Shown here one piece after another: positions 11,010 through 19,746 of a stretch of DNA of 64,000 nucleotides; positions within the stretch are counted from its first letter, which is position 1, and each line of letters begins with the position of its first letter. The translations under genes and the position numbers were made by a program. The stretch spans positions 8,087 to 72,086 of the forward strand of contig CANRCB010000009.1 of the NCBI GenBank assembly GCA_947629015.1. The letters run 5' to 3'. The notes under the pieces are model-generated. The model saw only the letters and a program-made list of their open reading frames with translations, was not told the origin of the DNA and made no database searches. Source of the stretch: an uncultured Gemmiger sp. (GTDB lineage Bacteria > Bacillota > Clostridia > Oscillospirales > Ruminococcaceae).

Positions 11010-14000
11010 TCAGGAGTAGCCGCGGATCATATCGATCTCGTAGGTACACCAGTCGGTGCGTTCGGCAACCCCCGCGGCCTCGTCTACCGTGTTGACGACA
11101 AGGGGCAGCGTGATCAGCAGCGGTTTGACCCGCACGGTACCGGTCAGCCTGTAATAGGAGATGCATTTGTCCAGGGTAAACTTCCCTTCATCTTTTGTCT
11201 GGCCGCTGCCGCCACTTGTCTGGCCGCTGTCGCCATCTGCCTGGCCGCTTTCCCCCTTTGCCAGGCGCATATTGGCCTGGATCAGATCCCCCACGCGGGT
11301 GAGTATGCGGGTGTAGGCCTCTTCGCTCTCCGTCAGGCCAAACACAAGGAAAATATACATATAATCGCTGTAATACAGGCCGCTTTCCTTGCCGGAAAGC
11401 GTTTTTTCGGTCTTGGTCGCTTTCTTGGCCTCTTTCTTGGCCGCGTCCTCGGCCGTTTCCGCAACGCCCGCCCAGCTGCATACCCAGTTTTCCGGTTTGG
11501 CCTTGTAAAACTCGACCTGCGCGCCCTTTTTCAGGCGCTCCAGGTCCTTGGCGCTCTCCATCGTGGCCAGCACCCCGATCAGGACGCATTTGGTCAGCGG
11601 GATGGGGACGATGCCCATCGTCGCGCCGTTGATGGCCAAGGCGATGCCGTTGATGGTCTCGCCCGTTGGTTCCTTGGGCGTATAGAAGTTGCAAAAGCCC
11701 GATACAAGGTTGAGCGCTTCGCGGATGGTAAAGATGTCCTTGTATGCGTCCTTCAGGTTTTCCTCTATCACCGGATTGCCATACAGGATATATTCCACCT
11801 CGCCAAGGTTGGCATAGTTGTTTGTGGTGTTGAAGTGGCGGTTGGTCAGGGACTGGTTTTCCCATATGTCGGTCTCGTCGTCGTGCTCCCAGCGCTCTTT
11901 CACTTTTTCCCCATAGCCGTTATCCTCCGAAAAATCACGATAACTTGTCGAATTATCCGCATTGAAAGCTATGCGGTACTGCCCTTCGTTGTCCAGGGTG
12001 GAGTAGGTGAACATATCCATGATATATTCGCACACGTACAGCTGGTCCCGGATCTGGTCGCTGTTGCCGTTCATAATGTTGTTGACGGTGTTCACGATAC
12101 CAAACAGCGCGGATCCCAGCGAGACCTTGTCATCGCCGCCGCGGAGCTGGCTCGCATCCAGGTTTTGCCCTTTGTTTTTGACATAACTGCCGTTAAATTC
12201 CTTGGCATTTTTTTCTTCCTCGCCGGCCTGGTCTTTGTATTCCTTATTGCGGGAATCGTTGTTTTTGATCTCGTCGTCGATGGAATCTTCCTTGTCTTTG
12301 AACTGCTCCAACAGGTACTTGTACAGGTCGGGGGTCGCGTTTGCCAGGTCGGGGTCATTGCCGTTTTTGGCGCTGTTGGTCTCGGGGGATTTATAGACAT
12401 CCTCCTCCAGCGGGGACATCAGGCTGTTATAATAGTCCTTGCTTTTGTTTTCGCCGTTGGCTTTGGACAGATCCTCGTTTTTGGGGACGACGCTCCACGC
12501 GGCGTCGATGGCCGCCTGGGCGCTGTCGATGTTGCGCACGGGGACGCCGCCGTAGGTAAAGGCGTCCAGCGCATCCAGGCAATCCTGGATATCCTGGCGG
12601 ATGTTGTCCAGCCGTTGCCTGAGCTCGTCCACGCTTTGCCGGGTGATCTTGGCGGCCAATGCCTCGCTTTTTGCCTCCTCGTCATCGGTCTGCGCCCCGC
12701 CGGCGGCGGCGTTGGCGCTGTTATACAGGGCTTTTTCTTCTTGGGCGTAGGGGGTGTTGTGTCTGCCGGCCTCGGTACCCCATGCCGTGCGCGCCGTGGA
12801 AAACGCCTCCGCCTTTTTGGCGAGATCGGCCAGGGACGGTACGGTACGCGCCGCACCGTTGTAGGTGATGCTGCCGCCGTCTATGGCAATGTCCAGGCGC
12901 TTCTTCTGCGCCTCCAGCTGTGTATAGTACTTGTTGAGCCGGGCGGACAGATCTTTGCAGTACTGCTCCAGCGTCACATTGCCGAACTGCGTATCTCTCA
13001 AAGTCTGGGTGCGCCCTTCCACCACCGCCACGATGCCGTTGGACCCCTTGGCGACGTTGTAGTAGGCATCCACGCGTTTGCGGTAATCCGTGCCGCCGCC
13101 CTGCGTGAAATAGTCTTTGAAGAGTGTTTGGATGGCCTCCTGTTTGCTGCTGATCTGGGCCTGCCAATCGGCCGGCAGGTCGCTGCCTTCCGGCTTTTCC
13201 TCGCAGGCCGCCGCATCCAGCAGTTTCCCGTAGGCGGTCACCAGGGTGTTGGCGGCGCTTGCCATCTTGCTTTCGATACCGGCCGCGTCGGCGGTATCCT
13301 GTATCTTCATGCAATAGACCACCCGGTTGTCCCCGTTACCCGGGGAGACCGGCAGCTGCGCCTGCGTGCATCCGTCCACAAAAGCCTTGGCGGCATCCTC
13401 CACCGCCTTGAGGGTATCGTCGATGTCGGTCACCTCTGCCAATTTGGCGCTGGTAAGGCAATAGATCGTGCCGCTTTCGGTTTCCACGGCTTCGCCCACA
13501 TTGGCGGCGCTGCCGGCGCCGGTGGGCAGCGTTTTGTCGCCAAACGCCACGACGCGGATGCTCTCCGTGCCGGGATAGTAGTAGTTGGTGATCAGATTGG
13601 TAACGCCCTTATACTCGTCCCGGGCGTCTTTCAGGAAGGTTTGCAGGCTTTTATATTCCCGGAAAGAGGGGTAATGGAACGGCCCGTCCACCTCCTGCTG
13701 CTGGTGTTTTTCATAGTCCCGGATGGCCAGGTAGGAGTTGAAGGCCGCCTTCAGCAGGTCGCCTTCCTTTTCGGCGTAATCCTGCTTTTTTTCAACGATT
13801 TTCTGGTCCTCCTCCGCGTTTTTTACCGTGTTTTGGATGTCCATGCTTTGGAAGCGTTTGATCACCTTTTCGGCGATGCGCACCGGGCCGCGGTATTTCA
13901 TGAACTCGACGATGCCATCCTCGATAAGGGCGGGGTTTTGCCCCAGGGTACCGTTCTCGGCGGCCTTGATTTGGGGGGCGACCGTGAACTCGGTGCGCAG

Positions 14001-14354
14001 GAAATCCGTATAATCCCCGCTTTGCAGCGAGCGGAAATATTCCTTGAGCAGCGCGCTGCCGGTGTCGTCAAGGCCTTCCGCCTGCATCATGCCGATAAAA
14101 TATTTTTCGCTCTGGTCAATGAAATCCTGGGTGGTCTGGCAGGAGCTGACCAGGCCGTAATATTCTTTCAGATCCTCGTCATAGTGCGATATCATGGAAT
14201 ATAGCGCCAGATCCGCCGCGGAGGCCGCCGCGGCTTTGCTGAGCTGCACGCGGCTCAGATCGCCAAAAATACAGGTAAAAACAAGACAAGGCACAAGGAT
14301 TATGGCCAAAAATACCGAAACAGCGCCGCAGCTGCCATCCCTTTTTCTCTGCAT
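11010..14354 (-). CDS. Very large TadG-like minor pilin (DUF5702-like C-terminal region)
   Basis: N-terminal G|AVSVFLAIILVP pilin-like helix, IVEFMKYRGP, long helical middle, GEVEYILYG motif. Confidence 0.72.
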   Translation of the reverse strand: MQRKRDGSCGAVSVFLAIILVPCLVFTCIFGDLSRVQLSKAAAASAADLALYSMISHYDEDLKEYYGLVSSCQTTQDFIDQSEKYFIGMMQAEGLDDTGSALLKEYFRSLQSGDYTDFLRTEFTVAPQIKAAENGTLGQNPALIEDGIVEFMKYRGPVRIAEKVIKRFQSMDIQNTVKNAEEDQKIVEKKQDYAEKEGDLLKAAFNSYLAIRDYEKHQQQEVDGPFHYPSFREYKSLQTFLKDARDEYKGVTNLITNYYYPGTESIRVVAFGDKTLPTGAGSAANVGEAVETESGTIYCLTSAKLAEVTDIDDTLKAVEDAAKAFVDGCTQAQLPVSPGNGDNRVVYCMKIQDTADAAGIESKMASAANTLVTAYGKLLDAAACEEKPEGSDLPADWQAQISSKQEAIQTLFKDYFTQGGGTDYRKRVDAYYNVAKGSNGIVAVVEGRTQTLRDTQFGNVTLEQYCKDLSARLNKYYTQLEAQKKRLDIAIDGGSITYNGAARTVPSLADLAKKAEAFSTARTAWGTEAGRHNTPYAQEEKALYNSANAAAGGAQTDDEEAKSEALAAKITRQSVDELRQRLDNIRQDIQDCLDALDAFTYGGVPVRNIDSAQAAIDAAWSVVPKNEDLSKANGENKSKDYYNSLMSPLEEDVYKSPETNSAKNGNDPDLANATPDLYKYLLEQFKDKEDSIDDEIKNNDSRNKEYKDQAGEEEKNAKEFNGSYVKNKGQNLDASQLRGGDDKVSLGSALFGIVNTVNNIMNGNSDQIRDQLYVCEYIMDMFTYSTLDNEGQYRIAFNADNSTSYRDFSEDNGYGEKVKERWEHDDETDIWENQSLTNRHFNTTNNYANLGEVEYILYGNPVIEENLKDAYKDIFTIREALNLVSGFCNFYTPKEPTGETINGIALAINGATMGIVPIPLTKCVLIGVLATMESAKDLERLKKGAQVEFYKAKPENWVCSWAGVAETAEDAAKKEAKKATKTEKTLSGKESGLYYSDYMYIFLVFGLTESEEAYTRILTRVGDLIQANMRLAKGESGQADGDSGQTSGGSGQTKDEGKFTLDKCISYYRLTGTVRVKPLLITLPLVVNTVDEAAGVAERTDWCTYEIDMIRGYS

Positions 14355-14365
14355 CGTTTGCCTCC

Positions 14366-15007
14366 TCAGTTGATGAACCGCGCCAGGGTGCCCAGTTTCT
14401 GCTTGATGGTGCCCGCCGCCTCCAGGATTGTTTTGCCCAGTTCGGTGCTTTGGAGCAGATCCTCCACGGTGGATACGTTGCGCACGAACTCCGCCGGGTC
14501 GCCGATCGATTCCTTGACGCTGATGTCATATTTGAAAACAAACGCGTCCCCGCTAAAGATCATGCGGATGGGCAGCTCGATCTCAAAGGAGCAATCCAAC
14601 GTCAGGGAAGAGACAAAAATGTTGGTCTGCGGCCGGGCCTGTACGTGTACCTTGGCGGGCCGCATCCCCCGGAACGCCAAGGCATCGAACCCCTCGACGG
14701 TTTTTTTGAGGTCCGCCGCCGTCTTCTCCGCGATCTGGCGGGTCTGGCCGGGGAAAATGTAGCGGTACGGATAAACGTGGGTGGCCGTTGTTCCCTTGGG
14801 CACCTGCCCGTTCTTTTGTACCGTCTCGAGCGCGGGGTTCTCGCACCGGGCGGCGCCTTTGATGGCGGCCTGGACGCAGGCGCTCTCCACGCGCGCATAT
14901 TGAAAATAAGCCTCGCAGGCCATGATCATCACAAAGATGACAATGAACATGATGGGGAAGACAAATGCCGCCTCCATGATCACCACGGCGCCCTTTTGAT
15001 CCTTCAT
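14366..15007 (-). CDS. TadE-like pseudopilin
   Basis: QKG|AVVIMEAAFVFPI hydrophobic N-terminal helix. Confidence 0.82.
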   Translation of the reverse strand: MKDQKGAVVIMEAAFVFPIMFIVIFVMIMACEAYFQYARVESACVQAAIKGAARCENPALETVQKNGQVPKGTTATHVYPYRYIFPGQTRQIAEKTAADLKKTVEGFDALAFRGMRPAKVHVQARPQTNIFVSSLTLDCSFEIELPIRMIFSGDAFVFKYDISVKESIGDPAEFVRNVSTVEDLLQSTELGKTILEAAGTIKQKLGTLARFIN

Positions 15008-15073
15008 CCCGCGCGTCCTTTCCCTTTTTGGCCGTTTTATCTTCAACGCAGGGTCCCCCCTGCGGTCATGCAA

Positions 15074-15111
15074 CAAAAGAAGGCTGTATACCGCCGCGGC
15101 GGCATACAGCC
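15074..15111 (-). terminator. Hairpin/terminator immediately after the flp pilin gene
   Basis: Minus strand ggctgtatgccgcc-gc-ggcggtatacagcc followed by ttcttttg. Confidence 0.65.
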
Positions 15112-15117
15112 GCGTTT

Positions 15118-15348
15118 TCAGCTGATCTTTGATGTTGCGCCGCTGGTCGCATCATCAATATTCTGGAACAGGTGATCAAGGATCTCCTTAATCTGATCCC
15201 TGAAAAACAGCGCCAGCATGACGGCGATGCCGATCAGAACGACGATGGCCACGATGTCCACGGCGCCGCGCTCCTCCTCCATGAAATCACGGAAGCCCCG
15301 CTTGGCCCATTGCAGCATCAGGTACATCTGCATACCCAATTTGTCCAT
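15118..15348 (-). CDS. Flp1-like type IVc major pilin
   Basis: 76 aa, FMEEERG| cleavage site followed by a hydrophobic helix; strong RBS (aaaggagg); located between tadC and tadE. Confidence 0.85.
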   Translation of the reverse strand: MDKLGMQMYLMLQWAKRGFRDFMEEERGAVDIVAIVVLIGIAVMLALFFRDQIKEILDHLFQNIDDATSGATSKIS

Positions 15349-15391
15349 CCCGGTTTACCTCCTTTCCCACAAAAATCATATCAAACACGGC

Positions 15392-16270
15392 CTACGCCCC
15401 GATGTTGGAAAACACCGGTACGATGACCATGATCAATATCCCGATAAAGGTCAGGCACATGGGCAGCAGCAGCTTGTTGTTGGCAAGCTCGCCCTGGCGG
15501 TGCACCATCTGTTTTTTCAGCTCCCACACTTCCTTGCTCTGCGCGGTGAGCATGCCGGCCAGGTCGCTGTTGCCCTTTTCAAGGCCCTGGATGAGCGTGG
15601 AGGAGAATTTTTTGATCTCCGGCAGCATACACCGCTGCCCGAACCCGAACAGGGCGTCTATCTCGGCCTTGCCGTTTTGCATTTCGACGATGCTGCGGCG
15701 CATCTCCCCATAGATCGCGCCTTCTTTGGAATACGCCGTGCGTTCCCACGCTTCGCGCAGGATCATGCCGGAGTTGACGAGCAACGCCAGCTTGGAGACG
15801 ACATCGGAAAATTCCGAGAGCATTTTTTCCGCGCGCTTGGAGATCTTTTCCTTCGTGACCGTGCCATAGTAGTAGTAGGCGACGCCGGCGCCCGCAAGCA
15901 CCGCAAGGAACACCAGCAGGTTCCCCTCGGTAAAAAAGTAGAACGGCGCCGCCAGGCAAAGGATCGTGAGCGCCATGGTGAACTGCTGCGCATAGGCGAC
16001 GCGCAGGTAATAATCCGCGTATTTTTCCCCATACAGGACCGCCAGCTCCTTGCGCATCTGCCGGTCCTTTTTGGTTTTGAAGCGCAGCCTCAGGCGCTGC
16101 ACCATCTCATAGCCGATGAAGTACAGCTCTTTGACGGGGTAATCGTTGTCGTCGAGCTGCTCAAACATCCAGGCGTTTTTCCGGCCGGCCGCAAACAACA
16201 GCAGCCAGAGTGCCAGGATCGCGATACCGACGGCAAGGACCACGAGATCCACAACGGTTATGACAGCCAT
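15392..16270 (-). CDS. tadC: TadC-like platform protein (T2SS F family)
   Basis: LALLVNSGMILREAW, EIKKFSSTLIQG, KLLLPM pattern; follows tadB. Confidence 0.85.
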   Translation of the reverse strand: MAVITVVDLVVLAVGIAILALWLLLFAAGRKNAWMFEQLDDNDYPVKELYFIGYEMVQRLRLRFKTKKDRQMRKELAVLYGEKYADYYLRVAYAQQFTMALTILCLAAPFYFFTEGNLLVFLAVLAGAGVAYYYYGTVTKEKISKRAEKMLSEFSDVVSKLALLVNSGMILREAWERTAYSKEGAIYGEMRRSIVEMQNGKAEIDALFGFGQRCMLPEIKKFSSTLIQGLEKGNSDLAGMLTAQSKEVWELKKQMVHRQGELANNKLLLPMCLTFIGILIMVIVPVFSNIGA

Positions 16271-16281
16271 GTTCCGCCCCC

Positions 16282-17208
16282 TTATACCTTGATATCCAAT
16301 ACGATACGCCCGACGAAATAGGAGGCGACAAACAGCACGAGCGCGATGGTCGTGGCCGCCAGCCCGCTGGGGGTGACGAAGTTGGCCGCAAAATCCGGGC
16401 TGCCGAGTTTGATCATACCGATGAGCAGCACCGGCATGACCAGCATCAGCGACTGCTCTGACTTGCTGCCGGTGACGATGGTCTCGATCTCCTCGTTGAT
16501 GGCCATCTTATCGCTCAAAATGTCATAGGTGTTGCGCACGGTGTCCCGGATGTTGCCGCCCTTGCGGTAGCAGATCTCAAACACGCTGGCAAAATCCTGG
16601 ATGTCCTCGCAGCCGCTGCGCTGGCCGAAATCGGCCAGCAGCTCCTCGATGGTGATACCGTTGGCGATGCCGTCGTTGATGACATACAGCTCCTGCAAAA
16701 TGAAGGCGTCTTCCTCATACTGGTTTTTGAGGTCCTCATAAACGCCGGAAAAAGACTCCTGCACGTTTTTTCCGGCGCTCAGGGAGGTGGAGATGGCCTC
16801 CAGCATATCGCGGAATTGGGACCTCAGCTTGCTCTGCCGCGCCGCGCACAGCTGTTTGGTGCGGATGGGCAGGAAGGCCCTGGCGGCCGCCGCGCCGACC
16901 CCGGCCATGATCACGATGTTCAAAAACCAGGTCAGCGCTGTCGGCTCGCCGAATTCATCGACCCCGATGCCGCCGTAAAACAGATACCCCACCGCAGCGC
17001 CGGCCACAAAAGCCAGCGCCCCGTACAGGATCTTTTCCACCGCGCTCATAAAATAGACGTTGTAGTTCAAGGTCTGGATGTTGGTGGCGGAGCGGTAATA
17101 CTGCGGCTGCGGCGGCGCTTTTTCCGCCTTGGCCTGCTTTTGCTTTTTGGGCTTTTTTTCCGGTGCTTTCCCCTTTTCGGGGGCGGGCGTTTTCTTTTTC
17201 AACAACAT
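16282..17208 (-). CDS. tadB: TadB-like platform protein (T2SS F family)
   Basis: QFRDMLEAISTSLSAG, RSGCEDIQDFA, KGGN pattern; follows cpaF. Confidence 0.85.
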   Translation of the reverse strand: MLLKKKTPAPEKGKAPEKKPKKQKQAKAEKAPPQPQYYRSATNIQTLNYNVYFMSAVEKILYGALAFVAGAAVGYLFYGGIGVDEFGEPTALTWFLNIVIMAGVGAAAARAFLPIRTKQLCAARQSKLRSQFRDMLEAISTSLSAGKNVQESFSGVYEDLKNQYEEDAFILQELYVINDGIANGITIEELLADFGQRSGCEDIQDFASVFEICYRKGGNIRDTVRNTYDILSDKMAINEEIETIVTGSKSEQSLMLVMPVLLIGMIKLGSPDFAANFVTPSGLAATTIALVLFVASYFVGRIVLDIKV

Positions 17209-17245
17209 ACTGGTATCCTCTTCCTGTCTGCAAGGCGGCCGCCGC

Positions 17246-18487
17246 TCAAATTTCAAGGCGGTACCCTGCCAGCTGCAGTTTAAAGGTGTTCTGCATCTTG
17301 TTCCGGGTGCGGCGCAGCGAACCGTGGACGTGTTCCAGCGTGCTCGTCTCGTCCTCCACGAACTCATACAGGGGGTTGAGTTGGATGTTCCCGTGTTCGT
17401 CCAGGCCCAGCACCTCGGTGATGGCCATCGTCTTGCGGCTGTGGTCGCGCAGGCGGGAAAGGTGGATGATGATATCGACGGCGCTGGAGATCTGCTGGCG
17501 GATAGCCGCCAGCGGCAGGCCGGCCGCCCCCTGCAGCACCATCGTTTCCAGGCGGCTGAGCATATCCACCGTGCTGTTGGCGTGGCCGGTGGACAGGCTG
17601 CCGTCGTGGCCGGTGTTCATCGCCTGCAGCATATCCAGCGCCTCGGCGCCGCGCACCTCGCCGACGATGATGCGCTCGGGGCGCATACGCAGGCTGGACT
17701 TGATCAGGTCGCGGATGGTGATGGCGCCGGCACCCGCGGAGTTGGCGTTGCGCGTTTCCAGGCTGACGAGGTTGGGCACGTTCTCGATCTGCAATTCGGC
17801 GGAGTCCTCAATGGTGATGATGCGCTCGTCCTTGGGGATGTAGTTGGACAGCGCGTTGAGGAAGGTCGTCTTGCCGGAACCGGTGCCCCCGGAAACGAAA
17901 ATGTTGTACCGCGCTTTGACCAAAACCTCGAGGAAATCGGCGATGGGCTGCGTGAGGGAGCCGTAGGCGATGAGCTTTTGGATGGTCATGGGGTTTTTGG
18001 AAAATTTGCGGATGGTGACCACCGGCCCGACCAGCGATATCGGCGGCAGCACCACGTTGACGCGGGAACCATCCGGCAGGCGCGTATCGACGATGGGGTT
18101 CGCCTGGTTGACCTCGCGCCCGGCCAGGCCGACGATGCGCTGGATCACGTCCTCAAGGCGGCGCTCGTTCTCAAAGGTGACGTCCATACGCCGCACGCGG
18201 CCGGCCTGCTCGATGAAGATGTTGTCGTACCCGTTGATCATCACTTCGGTGATGGTATCGTCGCTCATGATGCTGTCCAGGATACCAAAGCCGCGTATGG
18301 AGGAATAGATATCGTTTACAACGGCGATCTTCTCGTTGATCAGCAGGTTTTCGCCGGCCAGCTTGCGCAGCACCAGATTTTCGATGCGGGCCTTGAGCTC
18401 CGCGTCGTCCAGCTGGCTGAGTGGGAATTCGCTCAACACATAGCTTTTGAGCGAAGCCACAATCTCCTGTTGTTTTTCGGTTTGCAT
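17246..18487 (-). CDS. cpaF: Tad pilus assembly ATPase CpaF/TadA
   Basis: GGTGSGKTT, TIEDSAEL, LRMRPERIIVGEVRG, AMNTGHDGSLSTGHAN. Confidence 0.95.
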   Translation of the reverse strand: MQTEKQQEIVASLKSYVLSEFPLSQLDDAELKARIENLVLRKLAGENLLINEKIAVVNDIYSSIRGFGILDSIMSDDTITEVMINGYDNIFIEQAGRVRRMDVTFENERRLEDVIQRIVGLAGREVNQANPIVDTRLPDGSRVNVVLPPISLVGPVVTIRKFSKNPMTIQKLIAYGSLTQPIADFLEVLVKARYNIFVSGGTGSGKTTFLNALSNYIPKDERIITIEDSAELQIENVPNLVSLETRNANSAGAGAITIRDLIKSSLRMRPERIIVGEVRGAEALDMLQAMNTGHDGSLSTGHANSTVDMLSRLETMVLQGAAGLPLAAIRQQISSAVDIIIHLSRLRDHSRKTMAITEVLGLDEHGNIQLNPLYEFVEDETSTLEHVHGSLRRTRNKMQNTFKLQLAGYRLEI

Positions 18488-18507
18488 GGCGGGGCGTACT
18501 CCTTGTT

Positions 18508-18993
18508 CTATGCCATCAATTTTGACGGAGGCAGCGCAATGTTTGGCGTTGCCACCGCGCTAATGAAATCAAGTATATAAGGCTTTGCCAACACCAAAAC
18601 GATCAGCAAAACCAGAACGGCGATCAATACGATGTGCAGCACCGGCACCTTTTTGCCGGCCGTTTTTTGCTTTTTGGGCTTGCGCCCCTTCTTTTGGCGG
18701 GCGGGTGTGGGGATCTTTGCGGGGGCCTGTGCCCGCGCCGCGCCATAATCGCCCGGCACCGCCCCGGCAAACTCTGTTTCCGCGTCGTCCGGGGCGGGCA
18801 CACCGGCCACCGCGCCGCCGGCAAATTCCGTCGCTTCTTCCGGCGGTGCGGCAAACACGCTGTCGTCCCGGCCGGAAAATGCCGTGGCCTCGTCCGGGCG
18901 GGGCGCCACGGCGTTCAAAGCGGCCGCGGCGCCGCAATAGGGGCAGGCGCTCACGCCAGGGGGCAGAGGCGCGCCGCATTTTTGGCAGATCAT
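18508..18993 (-). CDS. Zinc-ribbon membrane protein
   Basis: CQKCG...CPYCG at the N-terminus, acidic repeats with Thr (EATAF, EATEF, ETEF), C-terminal TM. Confidence 0.75.
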   Translation of the reverse strand: MICQKCGAPLPPGVSACPYCGAAAALNAVAPRPDEATAFSGRDDSVFAAPPEEATEFAGGAVAGVPAPDDAETEFAGAVPGDYGAARAQAPAKIPTPARQKKGRKPKKQKTAGKKVPVLHIVLIAVLVLLIVLVLAKPYILDFISAVATPNIALPPSKLMA

Positions 18994-19014
18994 TTTGTTC
19001 CCTCCCTGTGGTTT

Positions 19015-19746
19015 TTATAAAAGGCGGCATAAGACTGCCGAGGCATTGTCGCCGGCCGTCCCGGCCAGGACATCGGCCAGCAAGGCCTCCAGGGCGGCCT
19101 GTGCCGTGGCCTTTTTCAAATCCGCCGTCAGGCGGCAGAGCGGGGCCTCGTGGTAAAAACCATCGCTGCACAAAAGGAAACTGTCCCCATGGCGGGCAAG
19201 GCCGCCGCCGGTGGCGATGTCCAGCTCCTCAGAGGCGCCCAGCGCGTTGACCAAAGCATGGCTGAGGCGGTGCTGCTGCGCCGCGGCGGCGGGCGCCGCG
19301 CCGTTTTCGAGCATCCGGTTGAGCCACGTCTGGTCGGTGGTCAGCTGTGCCATGGCCCCGCCCGTCCGGCGGTAAACGCGGCTGTCGCCGATCTGTTTGA
19401 CAAGATACTGCTCCGCCTGCAAATACACCAGCGAGAGCGTGCTGCCGGTGCGCTGCCCCTGCGTTTCGGAAAAATAGTAGATCTGGCGGTGCGCTTCAAA
19501 GATGGCGGCGTCCAGCGCGGCGGAGATCTGCGCCATGTCCGTCAGCGTATTGCTCTGCCACCAGCCGGCCAACACCTGCACCGTGATGGCGCTGGCCTTT
19601 TCGCCATGGGCCAGGCCGCCCATGCCGTCGGCGACGGCCAGCAGCGCTTCGCCTTCGCCGACAAGGGCCAGCACGCGGTCCTGGTTGTTTTGCCGCACCT
19701 TGCCCCTGTGGGTGATGCTTGCGATGTCATATCGCATATCCGTCAC
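19015..19746 (-). CDS. PP2C-family Ser/Thr phosphatase
   Basis: RQNNQD, VADGMGG, IGDSRVY, LCSDG, GDNAS. Confidence 0.92.
   Translation of the reverse strand: MTDMRYDIASITHRGKVRQNNQDRVLALVGEGEALLAVADGMGGLAHGEKASAITVQVLAGWWQSNTLTDMAQISAALDAAIFEAHRQIYYFSETQGQRTGSTLSLVYLQAEQYLVKQIGDSRVYRRTGGAMAQLTTDQTWLNRMLENGAAPAAAAQQHRLSHALVNALGASEELDIATGGGLARHGDSFLLCSDGFYHEAPLCRLTADLKKATAQAALEALLADVLAGTAGDNASAVLCRLL

Noticed and set aside
10989-14204. Long opposite-strand ORFs (e.g. 10989-14204, 25928-29209, 39324-42443, 1507-3129)
   Set aside because: Antisense shadows of real genes caused by high-GC codon bias; no RBS or motifs
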